Shown piece by piece: positions 42,411-60,619 of a stretch of 64,000 nucleotides of DNA. Below the pieces are notes generated by a model. The model was not told the DNA's origin. It saw only the letters and a list, made by a program, of their open reading frames with translations, and made no database searches. The translations under genes were made by a program, and so were the position numbers. This stretch comes from Lenisia limosa (taxonomy: Eukaryota; Protista; Breviatea): contig LPNZ01007654.1 in the NCBI GenBank assembly GCA_001655205.1, positions 1 through 64,000 on the forward strand, written 5' to 3'. Each line of letters opens with the position of its first letter. Position 1 is the first letter of the stretch.

Positions 42411-45400
42411 TTAGTTTCTAGGGATTTGAATGGAGATGATGCGAATCTGAAAAATGACATGAGATGAGAAAGGATGAGACATATATTGCTGTTACCAGAA
42501 AAGACGGCTTCATGAAACTACTAATATTTTATAGGGATAAGAACATGTTAATCGGTAGCAGTTTAGCTTACGTCGTCCCTTGGCTTGTCGTACTTGTTGG
42601 TGGTAACAGTTTCGATGTCACGACACACGTCCATTCCTAAATCGTTAGACATACCTTGGATTTAAACAATGAGGACCCTCCACTCAAAACCTTCGAACCC
42701 TTAATGACTCTCCCAAAGATAGTATGTTTGTCATCAAGCCACGGGGTAGGAACCTAATCGGATGAAAACCGTATTTACCACAAGACCAATTTCAAGGTTT
42801 ACGTAGCCGAACTGGACTGAAACGAACCCCCTCACAGTGGTGATGAAGAATTGAGACGCATTGGTATTGGGTCCAGCGTTAGCCATGGACACCATAAACG
42901 GCTTATCATGGCGCAGCTTAGGGTGAAACTCGTCCTCGAAGTCCTTGCCCCAAATCGACTCTCCACCGGTGCCGTCACTGGTGAAGAGGAGTTAGGAAAA
43001 AACTTTTCCCAGAAAATTACTGTTTTTTAACTACTGGCAAAATGGGAAATTCCCAACTCAAGTATTTTCCATTCGAATTCCTCCTCATTTTTTTCCGTGG
43101 TTTTCTTCCTTTTATTACTAGGAGTTTTCTGTTGAGGAAAACTCCTTGTAAAAAAAGCAGAACTATTCCCAAGAAAAAAACTCAGTGGGTTCAAACAGAA
43201 AAAAAGGAAGAGGTGGCAAAACGGTTGACGTAGTGAATGCAACTCACCCGAGAGGGTCACCCGTCTGGAGCATGAAGTTTCTGATGATACGATGGAACAC
43301 AATGCCCTCGTAGAACTTATTGCGCGAATGGGTCACAAAGTTCTCCACAGCCTTCGGAGCCTCGTTCGGGAACAACTGGATGGTGAAGCTGGTCCTTTCG
43401 GTACCAAAAGGTTGAAACCCTCAGAAGCTGGTATTTCGGTACAAAAAGACTGAAACCTCACTTCTGTCCGGAAGATAAGGGTGTTTCTGAAGTTCCCATT
43501 CTCACTTCGATGAAGATATCACCCTTGGTTGTTTGAAGAATTGCGGTGGAGGAGGTGGGAAGAGCGGCCTTGGTAGCCTTGGATGCGAGATGTGAAAGGT
43601 CTTGCTTCGGCTTCTCATTGAAGACGTCACGACCCAGGGTCTCATCTCTGTAGTTGTCACTCTCTTATAATGCTGACCGTCATACAAAAAACACCACAAA
43701 AAAGTTACCAATTCCAAGTTGCCCATAATACCCCACTCTTTGGGCTCATTGCGGGTGAAGAGGAAGAGACGTTCCGACTTGAAGGCACAAGCAACAACAA
43801 GGGGTTGGGCTAGGTGGTGAGTTTGTTGGGTGGGGGTAACACGGAAGGGTTTGAATGTCCAATTAACAAGGCACAGAAGAGAAACCAACGAGAGTGACCC
43901 CATGGAGTCAATTGTAAAAAATAAAAATCGGATAGAAAAGTTGAAGAGTAAATATCCTTTTTATTACTAGTCATTGTAAGAAAAGGGCTTTGAGGAGCCT
44001 GAGCCATTTATGTTCCTGAATACCCAGCCACCTTCCTCGACCTTGTTAGAAGACCCAGGATGGAGAAGAGCCTCAGCAGTTTTCATTGTGGGTTCAGACT
44101 ATATCGTGAGATCGGCCTTGTGCTTTGCAATCTTATCTTTCCAACTGACACCCAAGAGCTAACCTGAAAGAGGGCAATCTGGAGGAATCGCTGGGTGTTC
44201 TCAGATTTACCAAGGAGAAGAGAGAGGCGGTTCGTGACAATGTTGAGGACTGAGCGGGGTGAAAACAGCGAGAGAAAAAAGCTGAGTCCTAATAATGGGT
44301 CTGTTTGAAAACCAGCAATCGCGCCAGCATACTTTTGATGCCTAACATGGACGGGTAAACAAGGAAGTGTCCTGACTGGTCAAATACCGCGTTGGAGGGA
44401 GGAGCCGTGGCTGGGGGGGGGGGGGNNNNNNNNNNNNNNNNNNNNNNNNNNNNNNNNNNNNNNNNNNNNNNNNNNNNNNNNNNNNNNNNNNNNNNNNNNN
44501 NNNNNNNNNNNNNCCCAAGATACAACTCAATAAAACTCACATCCAACCCATACACAAGGATACAAAAGAGGGACCAGATTACAAGCGCCTACTGTCTTTC
44601 TCCAGTTCTCTCTCAGTTGCAACACGTTTTCCAAAGTCGATTGCCTCGAGTTTGATCATTGAATCAGCGCCCTCTTGCTGCGGTGTTAGTGCGTATTATG
44701 AAATGAAAGAAACGAGATACAGCCGCAGTATTCAACCAAATATTATGTGAAAAATACTTGTCTAATAGGGGAGAAAATCAAAGGGTTATTAAAAGACATA
44801 TGATTAGCCACAACTCCAATCAAAACTCACCTTCTGTGCAGTGTTGATAACGGACAGAGACTCGTCATAGACTCGATGGAGCTTTCCTGTCGCAGTTTTG
44901 AAGACCCTTGGTTGTCAACACTGAACTAAAGCAATGGTTGTGATCCCACCTAATCTTTCTATCGACGGCAGTGACAACAAACAATGAACCATCACGTGAC
45001 ACATCAAGAGCACGTGCTTGGGTTTTGTCCTACACGGTGAGGGGTAAACTTGGTTAATAGCAAATGTAGACGGGTCTGAAAAAGATATTAGAAAAAGATT
45101 AGGAAATAAACAGGCAAATATAATAATAACTATGAAACCATCTGATATGAAAGAAGCGCACCTACACCTTGGTTGTTTCCCTGCTTGAATCCCCCCCCCC
45201 CCCAANNNNNNNNNNNNNNNNNNNNNNNNNNNNNNNNNNNNNNNNNNNNNNNNNNNNNNNNNNNNNNNNNNNNNNNNNNNNNNNNNTTGCACCTGATTTG
45301 TCAGCATTACTCTTTAAGTGATCATTTATATATGTTAAAATCCATTTAATGGTATCGAGGATTTTATATATATAGGATGACTGCGTACTTGGACAGCTCT

Positions 45401-47026
45401 GAAAAGGGCAACTATTTTCCTTGGCTAATTATATTCCACTTTCTTACCTTCTCAGAAGGCTTTCCTGTCTTGGCATCCCAAATTTCAATGACATTATCCG
45501 AGCTGATTGAGATACAAATGTCCTGGGCAGGGTTGTACTGGGGTGGGGGGTGAAAAGAAAGATATTTTATTTAAGAATATTGGTAAAAGTACAAAGAACC
45601 TCCAAATACTAAGCAAAAAGAAATAATAACAGATATGAGCCGTATATCATATCATATGTTAAAACTAGACAAAAACTATATATCAGATGTATGTATTACA
45701 TAAACACACATGAACAAAAAACACCGCCATCCATAAAGCCCAAAAATGTATGAATCATCAGGATGCTTGGCTCTATATGGGAACCCAAGAAGAAATGACC
45801 TACTTTGAGTGCGGTGACGGGTTTCCTGTGGAAGTTGTACGTAGTCACAAGCTTCTCCTCAGCCTCGAAGTCGTAGATGCGAATAGCTGATGAGTCTCTG
45901 TCGGTCCTGAGTGTGTCACAACAATGCTCTCAGGCCACACCACCACGCTTTAAGAGTCACTCCGCGTTGTTAAGGAGGGTCGAAAAATTAATTAATTTCC
46001 AGAATTCACCACCACTTTCTTCCTATTCCAATAAAGTGAACAGGCAGATCCCAGCCTACACAGCAAGGTGGTTCTTTTCTCTGCCACCGTGGGTGATGAA
46101 CTGCAGGCAAGAGGGAACAAAGTCCAAACGGAACATGCACACCATATCTAAAATAGGTTGGAGATGACATGTCGAGTTTTACCCGAGAAGAGAATAAAAA
46201 CAATTTAATGAAGTGTTCAATCTCAAATTAATGACGTCAGCCATCTTACCGAAGGACATGATGTCGTAGATTTTGACAGCTTTGTCCTCTCCACAAGACG
46301 CAAGCCAGTTGCCGTTGGCGGAGATGTTGATGTCATGGAGCGCTCCTGGGTGGGTGTGATGGATGTATAAAGAAAGACATTGAACCATACACTGGACATC
46401 AAACTATCGTTTCTTTCCAATCTCCACACCATATCAATATATCATCTCACCTTTGTGAGCCTTGTAATGCTTGACAAACTCGAACTTTTCGACAGTCTTC
46501 TTCCAGAACTTCAAATGTCCATCAACAGACCCGGTGATAATGTAACCTGGGTGCTATGAGGTATGCCTCTAAATCCAACATATTCAAGAGGTTTGAGGGA
46601 AAGGTTATAACGGTCATTTCCCCCAGCCCTTCTATCTGTGCTTTAATGGAATAAAAACTATTTCATTTACTATGGGACAAAAAAAATAAGCTCTTAATAA
46701 CCTGTGAACAAACCTGATGGTGCGGTAGCAGTGTGGGTAACACGATCGCGATGCATGTAGGAGTTTTCGTACATCTGTGCACAGGGAAGTTCATCAAGGA
46801 TATTCTTCTCGTGGTGTAAAACTGAAATGGTTACATTTAGAGCTAAGAGAGCAGAAAGGGGGTCTAAAAGATTACCTCTCCTCTTCTTCTGCTTGGGTTT
46901 GGTCATAAGAGAAAGGGACGGTCCTTCATCCACGTCTTCAGGCATTGTCATTAAGGAAAGAGAGGGTCCCATATCTTCAGAATCGCTCAAGGGGGCATCC
47001 CTCTTCTGATCCAACACTTCACCCAT
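42411..47026 (-). CDS. PPWD1: Peptidylprolyl isomerase domain and WD repeat-containing protein 1 (spliceosomal cyclophilin)
   Basis: N-terminal [22 protein letters not shown] and WD40 [13 protein letters not shown]-terminal cyclophilin [11 protein letters not shown]...[52 protein letters not shown]. Confidence 0.93.
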
Positions 47027-47268
47027 GTTTGAAAATCCCAAGGCTCTGACTCAAGCTATTCTTAAACAATTGCCTATAATATACAACAAAACATACAACA
47101 ATGACCAAAGAAGGCGAAAGAGGGCGTTTTTTCTTTTACCAAAAAAAATAGACCAAATATAAACCCCGCAGGAAGATCGTATAAAGCATGACAAGATTTG
47201 TTTTTGTTTCTTTCTTAGATATCTTTTAAAAAAACAATTCATACTACACATCAACAATCAAAATACAT

Positions 47269-50775
<3,507 letters not shown>

Positions 50776-50970
50776 GGTGATAGCAACTCTCAGAAAAAAA
50801 AAATTCTGGGCTTTTATATTTGCGTTCACGCATGACGCAATCCTTTAGAATCCTCCTGTCCCCTCCCCCTCTCTCCCAAGCTCCCTCGTGTCAGCTTCTA
50901 CCTTAAACTATCAGAGAAAAATAACACTACATCTATATCAAGGGAGTTCCAGTGAAACAGCGGACTTACT

Positions 50971-53900
50971 ATGGAGCGCCTTGTGATCGGATGTGTTGGC
51001 AAGCCGTCAGCTGGCAAGTCCACTTTTCTGAATGCGGTGAGTAGTTATTGTAAGAAACATTTAATTGTTACTGTTTTCGTATCCGTAATGAAAAACTTGC
51101 TTGGTCCAACTGACGTTTCAGGCTACTGAAGCCACTGCGAAGGTTGGGAACTTCCCATTTACAAGTGAGCCATTATCAACAGTTTTTTTTTGGTGCTGTA
51201 TTGAACTCTGCATAATGTTGCTCTAAAGTGCCTTCTAATTCTTCATAACTTCTTCAGCCATCGAACCCAACATTGGCGTTTCGTATTATACGGTGGGAGG
51301 GGGGCGTAGGACCGTGATTATCTACTAAGTTTTTACTTACTCGCTGCTTGATTTTTTGTGGAATATCCATTGGATAATTTTCAGTTATCACTGCATCCCC
51401 TTGTGGACAAGTTTCTTTATTGTGCTGATAACGAGTTAGACTGAATGCCCGTGTTCAAGGTTCGATAAGCAGAAGGAATGCTGCCCACGTTATGGTATGG
51501 GGAAGGTGACATGCTCAAGACAGAGTGCTCAAAACAGAACTTCATTGACCCTGAAGGAAAATGTGTTGATGGCACCCGCTGGATCCCTATCAAAATCCTT
51601 GATGTTGCTGGTTTGGTTCCAGGTGCTGCAGAGGGACGGGGGCTCGGGAACAAGTTCCTTGACGACCTCAGGTTTGCAGCGACGGCGTATTCTTTAATTT
51701 GATATTGTTTGTTTGGTTGTATGAAAGATGATCTTTTTCAACTTTTTTGAAAATATATGGCTGGGTTATTGAAATTCTTTCCTCTTTGTGTGATGAGCTG
51801 TTGATCTTATAGGATGGCTCATGTGTTAATGCATGTTATCGACGTGTCAGGTACCACCAATGAAAAGGTTAGTTTGATGAGCCGAATTTTATCTTCTTTC
51901 TCTGCATTTCTTCTCATCTAATAGGGAGAAAACACAAGTGGATACGACCCCATTAAGGTTCGTTTATTCAACTTCTTGTTTTCATACATAGCTAGTTGTA
52001 TTTATTTTGATAATTTTAAATTCATATTCTTCAAAATACAGAGTTTGGAAAAAGTGTTTCTTTTTACCTTCAGGATGCTGAATGGCTGGAAGACGAGATA
52101 CAGGCTTGGATCTTCGGGAACCTTTGGAAGAAATGGGGTAGCCTCAAAAGACGGCACAGCGCCACCAGTATGCAATTTAGCCTTCATAATTCAAACAATT
52201 CAGAATCTACCGCTCTGAACACACTTCAACTACAGTTTTCAGGTTATGGTGCAAACTCAAAAATTGTATGTGGGAACTGGGGCTTTTTTTTGCTAACTAT
52301 GTTCCCCTCACCAATGATTTTTTTTACACATTTAGGTTCAAGAAGGTTTAGATCTCGCGGGGGTGTCTGAACCATCCGGTGTGACTTTTATGATAAATTG
52401 ATAATTACTCATTACGATATGAGTTACCCTTTACTGTTGAAGCCCCCTTCTGCTTTGTTTTTATTGAATAGATCTTGAAACATGGGACGAGTTACGTGTC
52501 AGAGAAGTTGTAAACTGCTTCATCAAGATCCGATTCCCGATCCTCTTAGTCCTCAACAAGATCGACCTACCTTCGGCTGATAAAAATATCATAAACATGG
52601 TGAAGAAGTACGGACAGGTGTGTGATACAACCTTGAGTTCCTTATGGTATTCTGTGTCCCATTGTTTACCCCTTGAAGGACAACGTCGTGATTACGTCCA
52701 CTTTAGCTGAGTGTCTTTTGAAGAAACTCAAAGCGGCAAGTTAGCACGCCCTTTTCGATTCTTCGAATAAACTTTGGTCACAATGTAGAATTGATTGATT
52801 ATCCTGAAGGCAGTTTTATTGTGAGCACAAAACAAGACCTTGAAGAGGTTTGTTTTTCCTTCCTAATAATCCTTCTCTTTGACGGCTGACCAGATGCTCC
52901 TTTTTCCCTTTCTCGTTTCTACATATCGATTGCATTATGCGTATCATCATATGTAAATATCAATACAGCTAGATACTATAGTAAACTACTATACTAATCT
53001 TTTGTACAAAACCTGTTTTCTGTTTTCTTATTTCTAATTAATATTCTACTATAATATTATCTCTTATAAGCGTGGTGGTATGGCCGGTTCCGGTCAGACC
53101 ACCGTGTTTTATATTCTCATCTCAATATGTAGTATATATTATATAATATGTCTCTTCCCACTGTTGTACCCGCTTTACGCCGCAGTCAGACCCGATGCAC
53201 GATCAGCTGAAGCCAATCGATTCAAAGAACCTGGCCCGCTTGGAGAAGTTGAGAGACATGGTACTCTATCGGTACGTTACCAAGGACAGCAAGACTGTTG
53301 TTGTTCTGGGCCGAATATGCACCGTTTTGTTCAAAGTATCATTTGACCCGTTCAGCTACAGCGGAACAGGGGTACAGGAAGCCGTGAACCGGGCTGTTGA
53401 ATTGAGCCAAGTCGTACCTGCATACATGGTCCATAATGTCCATTCATTCTACTCTGAAACGTGAGTTACTTCCCATCTTAGTCTCCTGTCTTTTCATTGC
53501 TCTTGCTAATATCTTTAGTTCCGGAAAGGCTTTCCAAGACTGCTACCTTCTGAAGCCAGGGTGGGTCTTAGCTTTGCTTACTCATAACCTTTGATGATAA
53601 TATTGAAATTTTTGTGGTACTTAGCTTGACTTTTATGTTATAATCCTACACGCCTAGATGAGGTAATATGTCAGTCATTTCATACATGTCTCATGTGATA
53701 TAAAATGGGCTATTTTTTTCCATTCTCCAATCTTCCATCAGCACTACGGTGCGCGAGTTTGCGGGCGCGTTACATAGCGACCTCTCAGACTATCTCGCCT
53801 ATGCTGAAGGCTCCGACGGAATGAGGGTATGAGCTTGGACTCTTTGCTGAAGCAAGCCAATGGCTGATAATTCCTTAGGTCAGTGAATCAGCTGAAATCA

Positions 53901-54191
53901 CACGAGGAAAGAATGATATTGTGAGGATCGTTGTGACCAGAGAGGTTTGCTGGTTAATTGTTGGCATGATTGGGTTTGATAGCGTATTGATACTTAATAG
54001 TTGTGAGGGAACGAGAATAAAACATAATGAGCCTAACAATGAAGTAATTCGTAATTCTCGCTTGCAACTCAATAATCCCTTAGGCTGAAGAAATGAAATC
54101 AAAGAGAGAGTACGAGCGAGAAAAGGCGCGAAAAGCTGCCGAGAAAGAGTCAAAGGACAGGAAGGATCGAAAAGAACTGTCAACGTCTTGA
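50971..54191 (+). CDS. Obg-family GTPase, Ygr210 / archaeal-type subfamily, with a C-terminal TGS-like region and charged tail
   Basis: [16 protein letters not shown] (G1), GNFPFTTIEPN (G2), Cys-rich ECPCSRF...CCPRYG.CVDGTR insert, [25 protein letters not shown] (G3), LNKID (G4), [21 protein letters not shown]. Confidence 0.85.
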
Positions 54192-54360
54192 AGAGCCAAC
54201 TCACACTTTGGTTGGTGATACATTGTATTGAAACCATGACCCAGTTTTAAACTCATTTAATTCTATGCAGAGCCGCAGAAATAGTCAACAGGTAATATGG
54301 TTTACATTTTATTAATTTACATTTTGATATATAGTCCTGGTGACAAAAATGATACATTCA

Positions 54361-56282
54361 TTAGTGGTTTTTGACTGGAGCGCTCATATTCGACTAAAGC
54401 GTGAGATGGTATTTCATAATACAGGATAAGATGCTAGATTAAAATTACAATTGCATTTCCATGTGTCTGTCAGACCCCCTCCCACCCAGATCAAGACATT
54501 TCCACCACTCATTCCCGTCAAAAGGGCTTGGTGAGAATCAGACCAACTCAGACACGTTGTTCGATTGAGTATGTGTCTAAAGTCCAAGGAGGCCTGCTGG
54601 TCAGGGTCCGGCGGTGCAACAAATGAGACTATTTTACCGTCACTCAGATCGGTCACTGCAAAGTAGCCTAAAAGGTTACAGAATACCAATAAAGTAGTGT
54701 GACGCACCTGTAGAGTAGAAGATATCCGGCTGCTCGGTTGCATCAATGTCATCAGAAACATTGAAAGTAATCAAATAGCTAAGATTTGAGAATCAGAAAT
54801 TTTATTGAGGGTTCATACCGCTCATCCTCAGTAACTTGGAACTGTGTTTCGCTTGGCTGGCTGTCCCAAATGTAAACGTCCTCAAGATGGTGAAGTAAGT
54901 TGCCCTGCTGCGACCAAAGGAATGCCTCTCGGTTCTATATAGTCAACAGAAATGGTACTTGGAACTGGATTTATCCCCAGCTTACGCAGAAAGTAATGAA
55001 GGTTCCTGATTTTGGAAGGTAAATGAAGAGCTGTGGTGAAGGAAACACTTCCTCTGGTAAACTCCATGACTCGTCTGTTATCATCTACTTGGTTATTACA
55101 ATTCAATGACAAATTCAATACCCAATCCGCAGACATTCTTTATTCGGACATTGCTTTCAGTCTGTTTGATAAACATGAATTCGTCGAACTGCTCAATAAA
55201 CTCAACCTTTTCAGGACAGGATTGTTGCATTTGGAAGCCCACTTTCTTGAGACGCTAACAAATAAATGAGGATAACAAACCACCAACCTCCCCAGTATCG
55301 ATATCATAAATCAAAAGCGGTACAGTAGCCGAGCTTGGCTCAGGATTCAAAATAGCAAGTGCAATTCCGGGACAATGTCAATGGAAACAAAAACCTGGTT
55401 TTGAAGTCAGCTAACCCTTCTCCCTTGATTGTAATCCTAGGTTTGTATGTTTTCAAACTCCAAACAGTAAACTTCCTGGAGTAATGAATTGTGAAATACA
55501 ATTCAACATCCCTCCCTCACTTTCTGCTGCTATCTAACGTCAAAGCCTTGTCATTAAATTGGTCAAATTCAACATATCCAGGATAACGCAAGTCTTCTTT
55601 GCCGAAAAGTCTAAGAACTGACCTGTGAGGTTGTCCTTCTTCAATTGACCTAAACATGTCAGTCAAATTGAAATTACACTTGGAGTTTTTGCCCTTGTTC
55701 AAAGAAGTTTCATACTTACCGGATAGGAATAGCAAAACAAGCAAGGGTATTTTCCTCATTGTCTCGCTGACGAAGTGTGAGGATCAGGATGTGGTTTCGA
55801 TATTGATTATGGAAGATTGACAGAATGACCTCATGCTTTGTGAAATTCAGGAAACAAAGACGTTTTTGGGTGACTGGTTAGAACAACAGTTTTTTAAAGG
55901 GATACAAAATTTAAAATAGGGGGAAAGGGAATAATTAAAAAAAGAAAGGAAGGAGAGAAGACAAAAAAAAACATTCACAAAAAATAAATAAAAACTAAAA
56001 ACACAAAATAAACGAAAAAACGGTAATCAATTGCTGTACAAAGTCCATTTTTACAGAGAGCAATGACCACATTCTACTTAGTAATTAGGTGAATACCTTC
56101 ACTAAAATGATATCCACAACTCTGCAACGCTGGTTTAGCGCTGGAACTGGAAATTCTGGAATATTTTCAAAGAGATTAACTTTCCAGACGGGATTTAAGT
56201 TCTGAAAGCATGTTTGAGAGAACAGCGATGAATTTCGTGAACCTGAGATTTCGCGTTTTCGCAATATATCCAGAACTATCAT
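54361..56282 (-). CDS. Uncharacterised WD40-like beta-propeller protein (resembles a plant/protist family related to DCAF17)
   Basis: LRKREISG, EVILSIFHNQY, IEEGQP...LFGKEDLRYPGYVEFDQFNDKALT...VWSLKTY, TCLSWSDSHQALLTGMSGGNVLIWSN. These are recalled as similar to a plant family motif LKWPGFVEFDDVNGKVLT. Confidence 0.6.
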
Positions 56283-56553
56283 GTTTTTTCAGCACAATAA
56301 ATTTTCTCCTCTATTATTACAGTATTATACTGGTTTGGCTTGCTTTTTGGAACCGCTAAAATGTTGATTGGTTTTGATTATTAGCACCCTCTCGACGCAA
56401 CGCGTTCGCCAAGTTCGCAAGCGCGTTCGCACCTCCACTCCAACCCTCCAACCTCTACTTGCAGATTATCACAATATTATAATACTTATTATTTTATTAT
56501 ACTTTACTTTGAATAAATAAGCAGAAAAAGAAGATCAGAGGAAAGATACGACA

Positions 56554-59500
56554 ATGGGTGATATTGCCTTCACTTCTTCCTCAGCTCTTCTGGCTGTCTT
56601 GCTGCTATTCAGCACCGTGTTTGCAACACCATTGGAGTTGGAGGAGTGGATGTTTTTGTTATGGGTAATGCAACTTTGTTTGGCGGGGAGGTTACTTGTA
56701 CAGGTCACTCACAACCCTTTTTGATTAGCTTATTCTTTAGAGTTTTTCCATCAGGTAGGGTGCAATTACATCTTGAGGAGGCGGTTGAAGATGACCACGC
56801 AACACCCTTGGTAGGAGTAAAGGACAATCTTATATGATATCATATGAATTAACTTCTACTAACGATCATAGGGACGAACCAAAACTCTTGAAAACAGTTG
56901 GTGGTTGGGACATGCTGTGTGTTAATCTCCTTTGTATTTTAAATAGGTCCCTTCTTTGCCCTCATTGACCAAAAAGCAATGGTATGCTTCATTACAGGCC
57001 CGTCGGTGCCGAGCGGCTTGGCCCTGTCACTGTCCAATGTCCTGACCACTGCCGAAGGAAGCAGGGCCGACCTTACAGTCACGGTGTGTGACTTGACATT
57101 CGGGAATAGAGCATCTTCACCGCTTGTTATTGGATTTACTGAGATATGTTCCTTACATGCACAAGGGATCTTGTCCTGAAGGCTCCGAACTTACCTTCTC
57201 TTCAAAAACGGTGGAGTGCAGTTTGTTATCGGGATGGGCCGAGGCCCCATTGTGTGTAACAGGTATGTGGAAGTCTAATATGGAATCAATTTTATTCTTC
57301 TTCATCATTACTCTTTGTTAAATGCTCTTGAATTACCTATATTTCACTCTTCAGTCACTTGCCCAAATGAGTTTCAAGATGGAATAACGTCCAATTGCAC
57401 TGGTATGGATTGAAAGATCTTTGGCTCATAGCAATCCCCGCCTTTTCCACTAATAACACCCCAGGTCCAACTTCCGAGTATGGCACAGTGTGCTCCCTGG
57501 TATGTAGTTTTCCAGGGACTTCAGGTACCGCTATAGCAACATGCCAGGCTAACGGACAGTTTGCAACAGACTTTTCATGCGGAGATCGTATGCCAACAAC
57601 ATTTATTTAGTGTAGAGTTATTTCACCTGCTAACCCTTGTCTGATTGTATGTTAATCAAACAAGGGTTTCGTGTAGTATAATTTCTAAATTGTTAGACCA
57701 TATGATATAGTATATATATATATATGTATGTATTATAATATATCACATCGATGTTGATTTTACTTCCACTCCTACCTTCCTTGATAGTCCTCATGTCATT
57801 AGGTTCAATGTACACTTGCGGAAGAGGTCTCTATTTCGGGCTTGGCGTATGATGGTTTTTTATTGGTGAATTATTATTATAATTAATGGATGGTTTTGTT
57901 TACATTCCAGACGGGAGGTGATACGGACACAAATTATCCATCGAAAAACGACCTGTCGTCCAGTTGGGGTTTAGTGAAGATGACAGCGGGAGGAAACTTA
58001 GCAACTTGTGCAATCATGAAAGGTTTGGTGTCTTTGAACACCTATGGTGTTAATTTTCTGTTTTCTCTCGAGGCGGTAATTCTTTTAAACTATTCTTACC
58101 TATCAGACGATTCACTGAAGTGCTCTGGCTACAATCCTTATAAAAATGTATGTCTTTTCATGTTGGAAAGATTCAACTTATTTTCCTCACCAGGTTGCAG
58201 ACTCCACCACTACGTCGATCAGTGCAGTCATTGTTAACCCCACGTTTCCGTCAGCCATCCCTGCAGGGGACCGTGTCGTGGCTTTTGAAAGCGGTGCTTA
58301 TCACTTCGTCTTAATGACTAGTATGCAGTTCTCGGATTGTAGAACATACAGTAAGACTCATATGTAGCGTATCATATGCAAGAGAAACAAAGGGCACTCT
58401 ACAAGGCTGCTGTGGAAAGTTACTCTTTAGATACTGGAGAGCTCTACTCTTGGGGGTACAATAACCACTACAACTCGCTTCAAGTCGATCCTGCAAATAG
58501 CAACACGGTAAAAAAGGTGCGGGGACACAATCTTGAAATTGTTATGCTTTGTTCAAATGTCTGTATCGCATATTGTGTCATAAGTATACCAAAAAGATAG
58601 TCGCATGTCATCAATAGTATATAGTATATGCATATGCATATGATATATGATATTTATTAGTATATGATATACCATCAAACTTCTGTTCATACCCAGGTTG
58701 TTCTGCCTGATGGACGTTATGCCATTCAAATCAGTTGTTCAGTGTACAACTCGCTCGCTCTTCTTGGTAAACATCTAGTATTGTGCTATGAATTTTGTGG
58801 AGTGTTTATTTTACCGATCAGATGATCGCTCTCTTTTTGGGGGAGGACGGAACCATTTCAGCCAATTCGGTGCCACTGCAGACCCAATGCCACCAGGCGT
58901 CGTGAGCAGCACCTTGCCTGTTGGTTGCGCGTATTGTTTTCTGTAATATGATCATCTAGTGTCTTTCTTCTGATTAATCAGGCTGGAGAAGTAATAAGCA
59001 AGGCTTACATTTCTTACAACTCTGTTGTTGTACTCACGGGTATGCAAATGATATGATATTTTGATATTATAGTCTATGATATCATAGCAATTTGAAGTTA
59101 TATTATAGAAATACCTCTTTTGTTTTTGGTTGTTGATGTGATTTGAACAGTCTCGAACTCAATATGCTGTTGGTGTCCTTGGATTATACTGACTCTCAGA
59201 GAGTCAAAAGGTTTATGGACGAGGAACAGATGCATCTTCAGTTAAAAGCTTCTGCCAGACTGGCTTGAGCAATGTGTTCATTCTGGTGGGGTAAAAAGTT
59301 GAAGGCTTTTATTACTGGAAATATCAGAATTTTTACACCCTAGAGTAATGATAATGCTGGTCTGGAGCTCCAAGGCCATGTGTCTGAGGTCAGATGCGCT
59401 ACAAAGATGTGTGCGTTCGTTTTAAGTAAGTTGACCCATTCTGTGCAGCTTCGTAGCATGTGTTTAGATCTTATTCAGTGAGCTCTCCTGTATCCCTTGT

Positions 59501-60558
59501 ATAAAAGAACACAATTCACATCACCAGATGATGGGAACATTCTTGGGTGCACTGCAGTAGCTGATTTGCTACCTGGACACTCTGGGGAGCATGCCATTCC
59601 AGTAAGCAGGCAAGTACACCAATCAACTGTTGCCATCTCTATAGCTGTTCCAGCGGATCAGCCACTTGCAGCTTAGCTTTCTAGGTCAGTCTCACGGACA
59701 GCCTCAATAGTAAATGCGAAGCGGGAAAATCTGTCAACAAGTAGGTCCATATGATAAGCAATCAGAGTTGTGTTGGTACGGCTGCTTTGGTCTCTTAATG
59801 ATAACGTTTCTCGATTTATTCTATTTATTTCAATTGTTTTTCAAACTGTATGACTTCGGGAGCAATAATGTAACTGATGTCCTTCAGAATCTGGGTTGAA
59901 CAAGGAGGAATCTACTTCGGCGGAGCTGGTAGGTCCACATGTTTCCCTGAATGATATAGCAATCCTTCTATACCTTCATTCAAATTATATGTAATAGGTT
60001 GTCATGAAAAGAAGCTCTTTGGGTTCAGTGCTGTCACTACTGGAACATATTTATGCCAGGGTGCAGTAACCACCTTGGGAACTGTGGGTGAATTGTATTT
60101 ACGAAAACAATCCATGCTTTTTCATTATCTTATGTTCCTGACCACTCAGGTATATGAAGTGATGGACACGGCACCAAAGTCTCTTATTAATATGGCATCT
60201 TACGGTCCTAACCTTATTGTCGAAGCTGTCTAACTAACATCCTTCATTCTTATTATCTTTGTTATACGATTAATATAGCTTTATTATTTGTGCTTCTTCT
60301 TTCCACATAAAACTCTTTCCCTATGTTCAATAAGACATTCGTGATTCCATCATTACTTCAGTCCTAAGCCTCAATGGTACGACTCCAATAGAGCTATTCG
60401 ATTGCGTAGGGTTGAGATCTGCGATCGTTAGTCAAATTCTTGAGTCTGGTTACCTCTCTTTTAAGGAGGCCAATTTCATCTTCGGGTTCTGGAGTTGGGG
60501 GATGAATCAAGATTCCCGGTGCGGCCTTGGCAACCAGCTTTATACCTGGGGGTTATAA
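56554..60558 (+). CDS. Secreted protein with Sushi/CCP-like Cys modules followed by RCC1-like repeats; 3' end uncertain (may extend to ~60675)
   Basis: Signal-like MGDIAFTSSSALLAVLLLFSTVFA. Cys modules CPEGSELTFSSKTVEC...GWAEAPLC and YGTVCSLVC...ATCQANGQF. RCC1-like GSMYTCGRGLYFGLG, GELYSWGYNN, ESGAYHFVL, WSWGMNQDSRCGLG. Confidence 0.6.
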
Positions 60559-60619
60559 TCATGTAAACTGAAAGACTGAAACTGACATGAAATAGTCAAC
60601 ATTACCGTTCGTACCTTGA

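Noticed and set aside
46890-46985. Duplicated GPSLSLMT peptide in the PPWD1 N-terminus
   Set aside because: A small duplication in a poorly conserved, probably disordered leader; no evidence of function.
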